Positions 23,348-36,935 of a stretch of DNA of 64,000 bases are shown one piece after another. Numbering within the stretch: the stretch's first letter is position 1; each line of letters opens with the position of its first letter. The position numbers and the translations under genes are program-made. The stretch is from Octopus sinensis. Lineage: Eukaryota. Below the pieces are notes generated by a model. The model worked only from the letters and a program-made list of their open reading frames with translations. It did not search any database and was not told where the DNA came from. The DNA lies in assembly GCF_006345805.1 (NCBI RefSeq), contig NC_043001.1, positions 1,798,001 to 1,862,000 on the forward strand, written 5' to 3'.

Positions 23348-24899
23348 TGATCAGTTGAAACCTTGGGACAGGATTAATCCCCATCCAGGCTGTTTGCATC
23401 TTGCTGTATGCCTTCACTCACAAGCCCATACTTATCTACCTACTGACTTACATACACACATACATACATACATACATATGCATGTATATGTTGATTTTTA
23501 TGTATATCTATTTTAATGTGTTGAGAGATAAGTTAAAACAAAAACTTGACATTATCTGATGAAGCACTCAATAGATAAAGTTAAATAATTACTTATTCAT
23601 GAAAATATTGATTGTGACTTTGAAGTTGCTCATAAAACAAGGCTTATTTCTGAGATATTAGAAAATAATATGAAACCCATTCATAAGGATCCCTTAAGAT
23701 GGGCGACTTTAAATAACTAATGTCTTGCATCCACCCCTTACGGATGGAGACACGAAAAACCATGGTAGGGCTAGGCAAAGCAAGGTAAGTGAATCAAAGT
23801 TCACAGGTGAGGGAAAGATTATCAAATTAGATGCAACAGGGAGAGGTTAAAAGTGTGTCGATGTAATTAGTGGCACTGGTAAACTTTCAATGAATTGGAA
23901 TCTTGAGAATAAGGATTCTTGCCTGAGCATAATCCATATTTATAGAAAGTGAAAGTAAATAACCATAAAATTGGATGTATTTTATGTCATTATTATAAAG
24001 ACAGGTATTGGAATTTAGAATGATCCTGTCATATTAATATGGTGAATTCCTGTATTAGGTTTTGATTTAAAGTTTGAGGAGGTAATGTTATTGCAAAATA
24101 GAAGTACTCTAAACATGTGCTTGTTAGTTATAAATTCTTGAATAGGGCTATTAATTGCATTGTTAATGAGAATTCTTACCTTATCCTTAATGGTAGCATC
24201 TCATAAATATAGCGCTGTTTTGGTTTCATATATATCTACAGAGTAGATATCTTGACTGTCATTATTTAATGCCATGTAAAAATAAACTGGTGAAGTAACA
24301 CTTTTTGGCCTATTTGAGATGTTAAAGAAGTGGGTTTGAATTGTAAGTTTCAGTTAACGTTAAAAATGGTCAGAGAATCGGTGGAGGAATTATAAATGTA
24401 GAAAGATAGTTATTTGTATTTGTCTACAAAGGTTGTTTAGGTTCATTCAAGTAAACGTGAAAGATTTATGTATTCAGGAACATATTATCAATTTAATGGT
24501 TAATAAATTAAAAAGTAGAAACTTTGGTTACAGACTTGATTAAAGTAAAATAATAGATTGGTTGCTGTAATGGAGGTTCAGAGGTATGTTCCTTACAGAT
24601 TTCAACAGCACTATCTTCAGATACATAAGTACTTACCTGCACAGTATTATTAAGATGTTTTTAGAAAATATTTCTTAGACCATCTACCCCCTCATCACAT
24701 ATATATAACAGGCAGAAGAAAGCACTCTCAAAAAGTGGATACTAAAAGGAGATGAAATACGTCCATAATACTAGATTAACCTTTAAAAAATAGCTTAGAG
24801 AAGTCAGGTTGTTTGAAATGTCCTTTAATCTTGGGATCACCCTTGTAATCAAAGTCTTAAAATTAAAGCATTTTCTCTAACTCACAAATACCACAAAAT

Positions 24900-25400
24900 A
24901 CTCAACCAATAAAAAATCATTAAACTTTCTGACTCAACAACTTACAACTTCAGACATATATCAACAAATTGGTATTGTTCTAAAATGTCAACAATTTCAT
25001 TACAAGAAATTCTATCAATCCTAATAATACTAACTCTTACCCACCTGTGAAAGATATTATATGCCAACATCAATTCAGCTAAAAGCCCTACATACGTTTA
25101 ATAACAAAAGCATTTAAAAACAAATTTCCTCAGCAGATCCACTCTTTTCTCATCCCCAGTCGAGAAGGTGACATTTTTGATTTGTATTTGAGCATTAAAA
25201 AACATCTTATAAAAATACTTGATTTTGCTAAATTCTTTCCCAATCACAAAATGCTATATCAGCTGCAGATTGAACATTTGTGGACTGTTGCCCTCAATAA
25301 GTTGAACTTGTTGAACAACCATTCCAAGCTTATTTCTTCACATAAACAGAATATATTTAAAATCCTGAGATATATTAAATTCATGCTATTTCCTAATCGA
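24900..25400 (+). pseudogene. Very decayed Penelope-like C-terminal fragment
   Basis: LNLLNNHSKLISSHKQN resembles the PLE terminal LLNKRSELIS..H motif. Confidence 0.3.
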
Positions 25401-26419
25401 GTAATCTTTTACTAATTTGTCGACAACAGTAAACAACCACCTCCTCCACCCTAATATTTAACTAAAGCCACACTTTTACTATAACACCCCACCCCACTAC
25501 TTAATGTCCAATCTTGAAGGAAATAAAGATCAGGATATAACTACTTAAGAACCCACGCCACAAACAATTGCCAAACCAATTACTACTATTACAATTCTTC
25601 ACAAATCCATTATGTAAATTCAGGACATTTAATTATATTCCAATTAGCTAGTCTAACAAACCTTTTTTAAAACTATGTGCAACTATTAGTGCAATAAAAT
25701 GTAAGTTTCAGGTACTTCTAGCCTTGTATTCCAAACAGATACAATCGTTATATCTTATCTCATTCTTTGATCGATATAGATTCCAAGAAGGTTTCTGCCT
25801 ATAAAACAGAAATACTTTGAAGATGCAGAATGCAGCAGTAACTATTAAAAGCTTCAATAAGACACAACAATTTGTGGGTGGGGGTGGGGGAGACACGGGT
25901 TCTCAATTAGTTTCCCTCTCAAATAAACTGGTTTGCACCAAAAGTTAAACAACATAAAATAATATTACATATACCTATATAATATTACAATTAAATATAG
26001 GATAAAATCTATATAAGAATTTATCAAGTAGTCAACATGAAAAACCATATAAGGGCAAAAGTTTATGATTATTCCCTTTAAATACATATATATATATATA
26101 TATACCGTTCAACCCATGCCAGCATGGACAACAGATGTTAGATGATGATGATATATATATGTATCTAATATCTACACAGCCTTGTTTTTTTTATCTTATT
26201 ACGCAAAAAATTCTTATATACACACGCTGACATAGAACCAATGTTGAACCCTTTATTTGCAACATCACCGAATCTGGAACTTAACTATGGTCTGTCTATA
26301 GCACTTATTCAGCATTACCTGACACCTTTGGGTTCAATGACACCATTATCTCTTACAACTTCAACTTTATTTATATATATATTTGTTTGTTTATTTATTC
26401 ATTCATTCATTTATTATAT

Positions 26420-27200
26420 TTTTACAAGAATGTTGTTGACAGTGAGTTCGAAGTTTCAGCCAGCTAAGCTATTGTTGGACTGCAGTGCATCAGAGTTAGT
26501 CTTGCCCTTATACAGTCTCTGTTGAGTTAAAATCATCTTTGAGTGTGTGGGTTTCAGTGCTGGTGGCAATTAGGTCTTTGTGTTTAGTTGTAAAGGAAAG
26601 GTATTCTGGAAATTTTTTTCGTTCCATTTGGGGTTTTGTTATTGCTTAGAACTTATTCTTGCATGTAGAACTTTGTCAACAAGTCTATAGGAGTTTCTCT
26701 TTTTTTCCCTTTTTTTTTAGGAAGGCACAAGTTGTGACACTATTTGTGTTGCTTTTGGTATTATTGGATTTAATCCTTTTTGCTTTGACAATATAAAGGT
26801 CAAACATATTAAGTCCTATATTTAAGCCCTTCGTAATTGGGTTTGTGAACTTTATTTCACAAAAGAATGTAGATGGTAAGTGTCAGTTGGTCCTGTTTTT
26901 ACTTGTTATTTATGGTATTTCTTGTTTGCATTTGCAAGGTTGGAGTTTATTAGGCAGGCTTTGTTAGTACAGAAAATTGTCTCTTTTTGATTTTCACAAA
27001 TATACTTGGGTAAAGGTTGCATGTCTATATGTTTCTCTCCAGGTGTTCAATGTTCTATAAAAAATCTGATTAGCATACAGAGTTTTTAAACCTCCTTTTT
27101 TTGTTGAGGTAGAGTTTGTTTAAAAAAACATCTTCAAATTCTGTTCTAGATATATGCTAAAGTGGGGCTGATATTGGTGTGTACGTATTCATGTGTAAAA
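26420..27200 (-). pseudogene. Very decayed Penelope-like GIY-YIG fragment
   Basis: RC: TYHLHSF..KGLNPII..HNLCLPKK resembles the PLE H..SF..CNLCL.EK motifs. Confidence 0.35.
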
Positions 27201-28739
27201 ATGGGAACAAAAAATATAATTTAATTTAATTTTAAAAAATGCTGTATACTCCTCATTCTAATCCTTTGTTTAACATCTATGAACCATTCTTGCATAGATT
27301 GGTTGATTTGGAACGAAAGAATCGGTCCAAAAACTGCCTCCAACTCCACATCTACTTTGATATGGTTTCTGTAGCTGCATGGCCTTACTAATGTCACCCA
27401 TTTTATTGCCTGTGCTGGGTGCTTTCTTCTTGCTACCCGTACTAGAGAGATCGCCATGCAGTTTGTAGGGTTACAAACCCGAGAAAAAAGTAGCTTTTTT
27501 GCAGGGAGATGAGAAATTGATGTATGAGAGAAAGGACCAGAGCAGAACAACTATCATGCTGTAAGAGGGCCACATGAGTACTCACATTCTAGAAAAGGGA
27601 ATAGGAGCGATTAAGGTGGAGTGGGGGAAAAGATGAAGATGGTGGTGATGAGGTGTTTGGGTGGAAAGTCGAGGTTCGAGGTGAACTGAAGAAAATGAGG
27701 CCTGAAGAACTGGAACTCTGTGTGTGTGTGTGCATGGGAGGGTTATGCAAGTTGTCCATTAATTTTCTTGGAAATTTGGGTAAACTGTTTCACACGGATT
27801 CTGCTTGACAGTTATGGTAATGTTGCCACATGTCTGTGGAATACTCAACTACTTATGCATTAATTCAGGAGCAGATAATTCAGTTTATTGAAGTCTGGAA
27901 ATCCTGCTTAAGTATTTATGAGTGCTTACACACACACACACTCACACACACACACGCATGCATATACTTACTCATCTATAGTAAAGTTACTTTTAGAGAC
28001 TTTTACAGCAAACCTTTGTTTACATTAAAAAAGCAATTTGTTGGTTGGAAATGAATTGTTTGATTGCTAAATATGAAATAATTTGAAATATAATTTGCCA
28101 AATATTAATTAAAAAGCGTCATCTGCATCTTACAGTTATTAACTTTGGGAATTTCAAGTAATTACCAATTTCTTATTAATATATTCAACCTAGAATACTG
28201 AAGAAATTAGTATAGTTTTTTTGGTTTATGTTTTTGATAAACGCAAGGTTTTTTTTCCATAACATTCATAAAAAATATATGATCATGCACACAAGTTTTT
28301 GCATAAAAATGTTGTATTCACATATATATATATATATAAATATATATATATATAGCATGAGCATTGCGTGTGTGTATGTATATACACACACATATGCACA
28401 CCCACCCACACACACCTATATATATATGTATGCATGTATATTTATATACGTGTGTGTGTGTGTGCAAGTATGCTTACGTATGTGTGTATGAGCATGTGTT
28501 TGCTTGTGTGCATACTGCTAAAATGGTTATAGCATGCCTGATTAAGAAGAGAAATACCATAGACAAGTGTCAGCTGATATTTGATCCATAAAGAAGTTCT
28601 GTGAAAGCTAAATTCCTTATGAGACAACTCTAAGAATCCTTCGCTGGAATTAAACTATTCTACTTAGTATGTGTCATCCTACCAAAGCCTTTTTTGATGT
28701 TGTTCTCTTTACTCTATACTGGTTGCTTTTACAGAAACT

Positions 28740-29050
28740 AGGACAAGATGAATGGCTATTAAAGGCAATGCAAGCCATATAGTAAGATGTGGTCAGTATC
28801 AAGAAAATTCATTCCTAGTATTATGAGGAACGAAGCTTAGTGGTTGGTGCCCACCATAGGTTTAGTTTTAACCCATCCCTGTATCTTGTAGCCATGCAGA
28901 CCACGAGAGAGTTCTTTCAGAGCTGTTTCTCTTGATAACTGCAATATGTTGATGACTTATTAAGAAAATCTGTAAAATATTTTTGATAAATAATTCCAAA
29001 CCTGAATGCAAAACTTTGACTTGAAAGGTCTGAAATGGTTCAAGGCCCTT
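28740..29050 (+). pseudogene. Decayed RTE reverse transcriptase fragment
   Basis: VGAHHRFSFNP..LQYVDDLL..DLKGL resembles VGVHQGSVLSP..LLYADDL..SKGL. Confidence 0.5.
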
Positions 29051-30552
29051 TAAAGGTCCTCCGAGATGGTGAGAAGGCAAGAAGAAACTATCCTCAAAGT
29101 GGAAACTTGGAGGCTTTCGCTGCAGTGTTGTCCTGACAAAAGGTATTTAGGGTATGAAGTGATGGTGTTAAACCAGATAAGGGTTTAAATTTATCACTCA
29201 CATAGGCCATAGCAAGATTTGAACTCATAATATAAGGGTCCAGAATAAGTAATGCAGGGCGTCCATCCAACATACAGTTCTGCTAATTCACCACTTTTGA
29301 TTATTGACAAATGGAAGTCAAAACTGACTTTGGTGGAATTTGAACTCAGAGCACTGAACATCAGAATGAATACTGTGGATACATTCTATCAGACACTGAT
29401 TTTTAATTCATCAGACTTAGCAAAGACCAAAGTTTAGTAAGTAAGAAAAAAGATAGGATCCTTCTAGCATCAGAGAAATAGCTGTGCCAAACGTTACAAA
29501 AGTGATGACAAAGGCCTATGACAAGAGGTGGTCATTGTGATTAAGAAGACCAAACGACCTAGGTGTCCTGCTCTCCTCATCTCATCCATATTTCTTCATC
29601 TATTCCACAACCCTCTTTCTATCAATGGATGAGGCATCCCTGTGTAGTGAGGAATAGTTTTGGATTTGTCTGTACACAACACCTCACCCCTATCTTTATT
29701 GCTGTCCACCACTCTCTTTTTTTTTCACCAATCTTAATTGCTAGTCATCACTCTCTCTTTTTACCAATCTCCTTCTCATCACATCTCATTTGTGTGTCAA
29801 AGGTTTTCATTAGATTTACCCATATGCACTAAACTCTAACCACTTTTCATTGTTCACCATCACCATCTCTCTTTCTCTGAGCATTTATTATCAACATCCA
29901 TCACTCTCTCTCTCTCTTACTATCATCTTTTTTTTCTAGTCCATCATACATTTTTTAACATTACCCAGCCTCTGTCATTCATTGACATTGCTTTCTATCT
30001 TTCACCACTCACTCTTACATTGCTCTATCTCTCTTCTATCACTTCTTTCTCTTCCATTACTACTCAAGCTAGTTTTCTAATCAACCTCCTTACCAACAAA
30101 CAACATGTAGCTGTCTATCATTGCCTTTTTATCAATCCATTCTTTATCGTATCCTTTTCTCCTATAAATTTGTTTTTCTCTATTATTCTTTCACTCTCTC
30201 CTATACTCACTGTTCTTTCTCTTTTGTCCTTTTCTCTTCTTTTCATACTTTTTGCCTTGCAAGGAGTTGGCTCTAGAACATATGAGTAAGATGTGATCTT
30301 TAAACCAACTAGAAAGGCAGTAACACCAAATAAGAACTGATATGGAACATTACATCTAACCCATGCCAGCATGAAAAAACAGATTTAGAATTCAGCTGAT
30401 GAGGTTAATTTATAAAAATAGTATAAACTTTTTGACATGAAGCAAATAAGTTAGATTATACATACATTGGAAAAGGTGTATATTCTCTATATATCCAGAA
30501 TCCCTGGACAAAGAACAGCAGTGATAAAACTGATCGTGTACCATGTGCTCAC

Positions 30553-30625
30553 CTTCGTTTCCTATGAACGAGTGTTATCAGGCTGCTACCTTTTGATGGC
30601 TTTGTCGCTCTTTCAGTCTCAATGA
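30553..30625 (-). CDS. Candidate internal exon of an unidentified gene (xIETERATKPSKGSSLITLVHRKRx)
   Basis: Acceptor atatttttag, donor AAG|gtgagc, open frame, non-repetitive; no homology recognised. Confidence 0.25.
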
Positions 30626-31063
30626 CTAAAAATATGTATGATTATCTGCTTTCCTTTTTTTACTTTTATCTCTTGCTCTGTCTTTCTCTTCCTGATCTAG
30701 AACGAATGCTTTGAGGGAAATTTATCATAAAGTACTGTTTATGAAAATTATTCAGCACTGATAATGCATAAATATGTGGACACAGGCTGTTTATGGATAT
30801 AGATATAGAAGAAATAAGAAATGAATTAAATTCCTTTCTATAAACATAACATTTTACTTTAGTTGAAAGAAAAACAGAATCATTTTTTTAGTCCTCCTTT
30901 TACTCCTCTCCCTTATATAAATAAGAACCCCCTAATCAAGGGGCTGCTTTTATGATAAATGAAAAAAACTAGCAACATTCACAGTCTATAACAATGGTCA
31001 AAATGAGTTAAATTGTTATAATTCTACTTAAGAATAATGTGTGTGTGAGTGTGTGTGTGTGTG

Positions 31064-31096
<33 letters not shown>

Positions 31097-31146
31097 TGTG
31101 TGTGTGTGTGTGCGTGTGCGTGTGTGTTTGTGTGTGTGTGTGTGTG

Positions 31147-31185
<39 letters not shown>

Positions 31186-33489
31186 ATATTTTAAATAAAA
31201 AGCAAAATGCTCTTACCTTATAAGGAAATCTATACTCCACCAGGATCAGAAAAAACTTGATGCACCAACCTAAATTCTGACCAGAACCTTTTGCCTCCTT
31301 GAATTCATTTCACCCAGCCATTCACCTTGGATACTTGAAAAAGAAAGAGGCTGATGGAATCCCTCACTTCCAGTTCTGACATCTTCCTCCAATCCTCTTC
31401 AATTTTCTATATATTTTTTAAAGTTTTGCAAACCTATTGGTGAACAATAAGGTCTTTAGTTGAAGATTTTCAATAAACCAATTTCGTATTCCCTACATTT
31501 CTGATGGTAAGTGTGAAAGGGAGTGTCTTTAATGTGGGGAGAACAAATATCACAGTGGATGTTGCTCAAAGTGCATTTTTTCCCAGTGATGTCTACATAC
31601 CTTCATTGATTTACATTTAAGAAAGGTATACAAATACCAATTCTATTACAGACATCTTCACAGTTTCTGCCAACCAAATTTCACCCACAAAATATCCATC
31701 AACCCAAATGTATATTAGAAAATACTTGTGCATTTGGCAAGTGGCATTGAGCTGGATACCTCACGGCTGCAGGTATGAGTGTGTAGATAAGAGGTTTTGA
31801 TCTACAACCATGTGGTTTTGTTTTAGTCCCATTGTACAGCATTTTGGACAAGTGTCTTATGCTACAGTCTTGAGACAACCAAAGTTATATTGGTGGATTT
31901 AGCTGGAAACTAAAAGAACCCAGAAGTTTTCAATGTTACAGAATGTGAAAAAGTATTTTCAGTTAAGAATATCAGGAATGGGAAAAAGAAAATCAATTAG
32001 CCTAAATGCAAGACAAAAATTTAGAAGGAAGGAAAGGAAGAAGAAAAAAACAGAAAAAAGAAGGACAAAGAAAAAATTATGGAAGATAGAGAGAAGGAAA
32101 ACAACGCCAAGTAAAAGAATATCATCTTCAATTAATATCTGGAGTTGTATGTCTCACAGATTCCACTGCTTGATATTGGTAAAGCATAATGCTACAGTTC
32201 CACTGTAGAATACAACGAGATAAAGTAGAGATCAAACTGATAAAAGCAATTATGGAGATTTTGGCCAGTTTCAAATTGATTCAATAATAAGCATTGCTTC
32301 CATTTCTGTTATACATTCTGTAAATAAAAATTGGTGCCAATGTGTGTCCTTCTTCATTGTTGAGGATTGTAATCCAACATAGTAATTTGGTCTGTGTCGA
32401 TGGGTTGCTATCATACAGAAAAACTACTTGTGTAAACAATTTTTGGTTTTACTAATGAAATTAATTGGCAGATAAAAGCTTGTTCCAATGACACACTGGT
32501 TACCATTATGGCTTTCTGCTTGCAGAACCTAATTGGTTTATTATTTGATTTATGCAATATATGGTAATAACCCTTCACCTCTGTTCTCTAATTACTTCTG
32601 TTTGAAATACAACATTTCTGCTCCAACACAAACAAATAGCCATAATGTAGAGATCGTACAAATGTTCAAGTGTTACTCAACGATTATTTGAAATGGCTGA
32701 AAAAGACATGAAAATTTTTTTTCTTTATTTCGTTTTATGAACAATGGCATTGGTGATTGCAGGTTTCTAGCAAACCAGTCATTGGTTCAATGAATTTATG
32801 ACAGTCACAAAGATAAGGGCCAACGTGTATCTCAGTGCAAAATGCTCCAATCTCATCTCGCAGAAGACCTTTCCCAAAGAGAATTCTTCTTTTGCATCAA
32901 AGTTGATGGTTCTTTGGTGAAGGTGTCTTCTACTTTCTCTCCAGGTCAACCAATGCCTTGTGAGGGAATTTAAGAAATGAAAACTGAATTACGCCTGTTG
33001 TATACACACATATACACACAAGTGTGCATGCACAACACATATACATACAAATATACAAATACATATGCATACGCATATACAAATACTTTTACATGTGAAA
33101 GCTTGCCTATGTGTCTCTGTTTGTGTTTGTGTGTGTCAGTGTGTCCAGTGTGTAAGAATAGTATTACTTTTTGTCATCAAAGGTTCACATCCTGCCCTCC
33201 TGATGCCTCATCAGCCAAGAGGTGGTGGAAGCTTTATTAAAAGAGTTCTTCACTTTTGAAGCACAAGAACTGGTACCAGTATCGGATCAAAGAATGGGCA
33301 GAAAAGATGGCTTCAAACCAAGCAACACGATGCTTTCTATTTGGAATAGTTGGTTGTTTTTGTTGCAACTTGATGAATTAAGCAAATAAGTTACCAAAAT
33401 ATTACAAAACTTGAGTCAACACAAGTGTTATTGTTCTTCTTATTGTTGCTGTAGCTGTAATTGTATTTCATTGCACATCTGAGCGGCTA

Positions 33490-33813
33490 TCTGGGGTCCG
33501 TTCCGGTGACATGTAAAAGACACCATTTGAGCATGATCGTTACCAGCATTGCCTTACTGGCACCTGTGCCAGTGGTATGTGTAAAAGATTCGAGCGAGGT
33601 CGTTGCCAGTACCACCTGACTGGCCCTCATGCTGGTGGCACGTAAAAGCACCCACTACACCCTCGGAGTGGTTGACGTTAGGAAGGCATCCAGCTGTAGA
33701 AACTCTGCCAGATCAAGATTGAAACCTGGTGCAGCCATCTGGTTTGCCAGCCCTCAGTCATTCGTCCAACCCATGCTAGCATGGAAAGCGGACGTTAAAT
33801 GATAATGATGATG
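33490..33813 (+). mobile_element. RTE 3' UTR/tail fragment
   Basis: Ends ccatgctagcatggaaagcggacgttaaatgataatgatgatg. Confidence 0.88.
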
Positions 33814-33906
33814 AATACAAATCAGCAAAAATCAGAAGATAAAGTACGGGTTTTTTTCCTTCTTCATGTTAATTGTGAAGCCTTAACAAAAGACCTTAGA
33901 CAGAAA

Positions 33907-33978
33907 GAATATTGGCTATTTAAGAATATTCTATTTAAGAATATTGGCTATTTAAGAATATTCTATTTAAGAATATTA
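33907..33978. repeat. Short perfect tandem duplication (32-bp unit built of 17+15-bp subunits)
   Basis: gaatattggctatttaagaatattctatttaa twice. Confidence 0.9.
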
Positions 33979-34134
33979 GCTGTTCTGAGGAAGGATGATT
34001 TTTAGAGCACTTGCATGTCTCCATCTGAATGTGCATCTCTTCCTAATGGCATATCAGTGATTTTAGGAGTCTTAAGCTTAATTCCCCACCAATATCTGAA
34101 CTGCGTCCATTTAGTGATTTTTTTCTGTTGTCTA

Positions 34135-34220
34135 CAATGGCGTAGTGGTTAAGAGCATGGGCTACTAATCCCAAAATTCCAAGTTTGATTCCAGGCAGTG
34201 ACCTGAATAATAATAATAAT
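34135..34220 (+). mobile_element. tRNA-derived SINE head (pol III A and B boxes) followed by (AAT)n
   Basis: A box TGGCGTAGTGG 34138-34148, anticodon-like arm ggg-ctactaat-ccc, B box GTTTGATTCC 34183-34192. Confidence 0.75.
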
Positions 34221-36076
34221 CATCTTCATCGTTTAACGTCCACTTTCCATGCTGGCATGGGTTGGACAGTTTGACTGAGGACTGGCGAACCAGATGGCTG
34301 CACCAGGCTCCAACGTGATCTGGCAGATTTTCTACAGCTGGATGCACCTCCTAATGCCAACCACTCCAAGCGTGTAGTGGGTGTTTTTACGTGCCACTGG
34401 CACGAGGGCCAGTAAGGCGGTACTGGCGATGGCCATGCTCAAATGCTGTTTTTTATGTGCCACCTGTACAGGAGCCAGTCCAGCAGCACTGGCAACGATC
34501 TCGGTGGAATGTTGTTTTTCACTGGCCACCGGCACAAGTGCCAGTAAGGCAACGCTGGTAACGATCACACTCGAATGGTGCATTTTATGTGCTACTGGCA
34601 TGGGAGCCCGTCAGCAACCCTGGCAACAATCATACTTGGATGGTGCTTTTAACGTTCCACTGGCAGAGGTGCCAGTCAGGCAGTGCTATCATCGGCCACA
34701 TCAGCGAATTTGATTTTGATTGTGATTTCACTTACCTCAACAGGTCTTCAGAAGCAAAGTTTAGTGTCCAATGAAAGAAAGGTATGCATAAGTAGGCTGG
34801 TTGCACCCCTGGCATAGGCCACAGGTTATGTTCCCACTTGGCTTGTTGGGTCTTCTCAAGCACAGCATATTTCCAAAAGTCTCGGTCACTAGTCAGTGAG
34901 GCCCAATGTTCGAAGGTCGTGCTTCACCACCTTATCCCAGGTCTTCCTGGGTCTACCTCTTCCACAGTTTCCCTCAACCACTAGGGTGTGACTTTTTGAC
35001 ACAGCTATCCTCATCCATTCGTACCACATGACCATACCAGCACAGTCGTCTCTCTTGCACACCACATCTGATGCTTCTTATGTCTAACTTTTCTCTCAAG
35101 GTACTTACACTCTGTTGTGTATGCACACTGACATTACACATCCAGTGAAGTATACTGGCTTCATCCCTTACAAGTTTGGGCCCATGTAGCATGGCTGTTC
35201 ACACACATGCATCATACAGTCTGCCTTTTACTCTGAGCAAGAGGCCCTTTGTCACCATCGTAGGTAAGAGCTCTCTGAACTTTGCCCAGCTATTCTTATT
35301 CTAGTAGCTACACTTTCAGAGCATCTACCCCCACTACTGACTTGGTCACCTAGGTAATGGAAGTTATCAACTACTTCTAGTTTTTCTCCCTGGAATGTGT
35401 CGGAAGTTGTTCTCTGCACATTTTCAGTGTTTATTGCTCCTGAGCATTTGCCACATACAAAAACTATTGTCCCAGTTAGCCTTCCTTTGATATTGCTGCA
35501 CCTCTTATGTGTCCATAGCTTACACTGGGTACATCTTATGGAGTTTCTACCTATGCTTTTTCTACAGATCCAGCAGGGCCATCTACCTGAAGGGACTTGT
35601 GGTTTGCCTGCCTTACTACTTATTAGGACTTTGGTTTTAGTTACGTTGACTCTAAGGTCCTTTGATTCTAATCCTTGCTTCCACACCTGAAACTTCTCCT
35701 CTACTTCTGATAGTGACTCAGCAATAAGAGCAAGGTCATCAGCATAGAGGGGCTCCCAGGGGCATCCTGTCTTGAATTCCTCTGTTATTGCCAGGGGGAC
35801 TATGATAAATAGGAAGGGGCTGGCACAAACCCAAACTGCATCTGTAATTATTTGTATCTAATGCATCACCTTTACCCTTGTGGCAGTTGACTATAGTGCT
35901 GCCACACCAGTCATTGGGTATGACTCCTTTGTGTATCACCCCGTTAACTGTACGGATGACTAAGCTATAGCCGACACTGCCAGATATTTTGAGCATCTTT
36001 GCAGTGATTCCTGATGGGCCGGGGGCTTTCCCTGTCTCCATACCCTTAATTGCTTTATCTTTATCTACCAAGGCAC
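34221..36076 (-). mobile_element. 5'-truncated, internally deleted RTE-clade LINE
   Basis: GKAPGPSGIT..IPNDW..KGKGDAL..NYR | deletion | LLYADDLA..VNVTKTKVL-PHD-LEVVDNFHYLG..RRLCWYGHVVRM; taataataataat at 34208-34220 and 36077-36089 is compatible with a TSD. Confidence 0.92.
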
Positions 36077-36231
36077 TAATAATAATAATATCGAAAAATA
36101 CCTTAGGAATGAGAACCCAGGTTCAAAATGTCCCCAAGACAGCTGATGAAGGCTGGAGGGTATATCAGCTGAAATGTTGTGCTAACAACAAGCAAGAAGA
36201 GAACATTTATCTGTCAAATGTAAATAATGTA
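36077..36231 (+). ncRNA. Short repeat tail containing a degenerate minimal hammerhead motif (36138-36183)
   Basis: CUGAUGA-A-GGCUG(GAGGGUAUAU)CAGCU-GAAAU-GUU-GUG; core present, stems I and III partly mismatched. Confidence 0.6.
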
Positions 36232-36824
36232 GAATATTTTTGTCTGAAGGACTTACAGCACTTGTTAGAAACCATTCTCCTTTTTATATCCTCTATAATG
36301 ATATCTCGTCTTTGGTTCCACGCCACAATCCAGGTATGGTCTCTGGTGTCTGCCTGGATTCCAAAATCTTACTTCAGTCTATTTGCTGGCATAGTGTATC
36401 AAGAACAACATAATTCAAGGTATCTTTTCTTTTTGAAGTGTATAGAGAGAAATCAGAGGATCTAATTGCAATGTCTTGGAGATCAAGGAATTCCATAGAA
36501 TATCCTCCCTCAACACAAGCATTTTTGTTGGCTCATGTCCATCGTTGCTGCTGATCTGCTGTTGTGGATGATGAGGATGCTGATGATAGTGGGAGGCATT
36601 GGTTGTGGGCAATGAGGAAGAGCTTAACAGTTGGCAATGATGACAGGGGTGGTGGTGGTGGTTTGGCGTTGTTGTTGTTGGTGTAAGGTGGGGATGGTAC
36701 AGGTGTTGGTGATGATGATGATGAGGAAAGGAACAAAGTGGAAGAAGTGGTGGTTGAGGGGGAAAATGATTGATGATAGATGACAATTTTGTGATGGCAT
36801 TGACAGGAATAATGCTGCTGACGA

Positions 36825-36851
36825 TAATGATGATGATGATGGTGATGATGG

Positions 36852-36912
<61 letters not shown>

Positions 36913-36935
36913 GATGATGGTGATGATGACGATGG
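36825..36935. repeat. (GAT)n microsatellite
   Basis: Direct reading. Confidence 0.95.

Noticed and set aside
26440-26505. Minus-strand hammerhead-like CUGAUGC..GAAAC after a PLE relic
   Set aside because: Core is mutated and the stem I flanks are not complementary; too degenerate to call.
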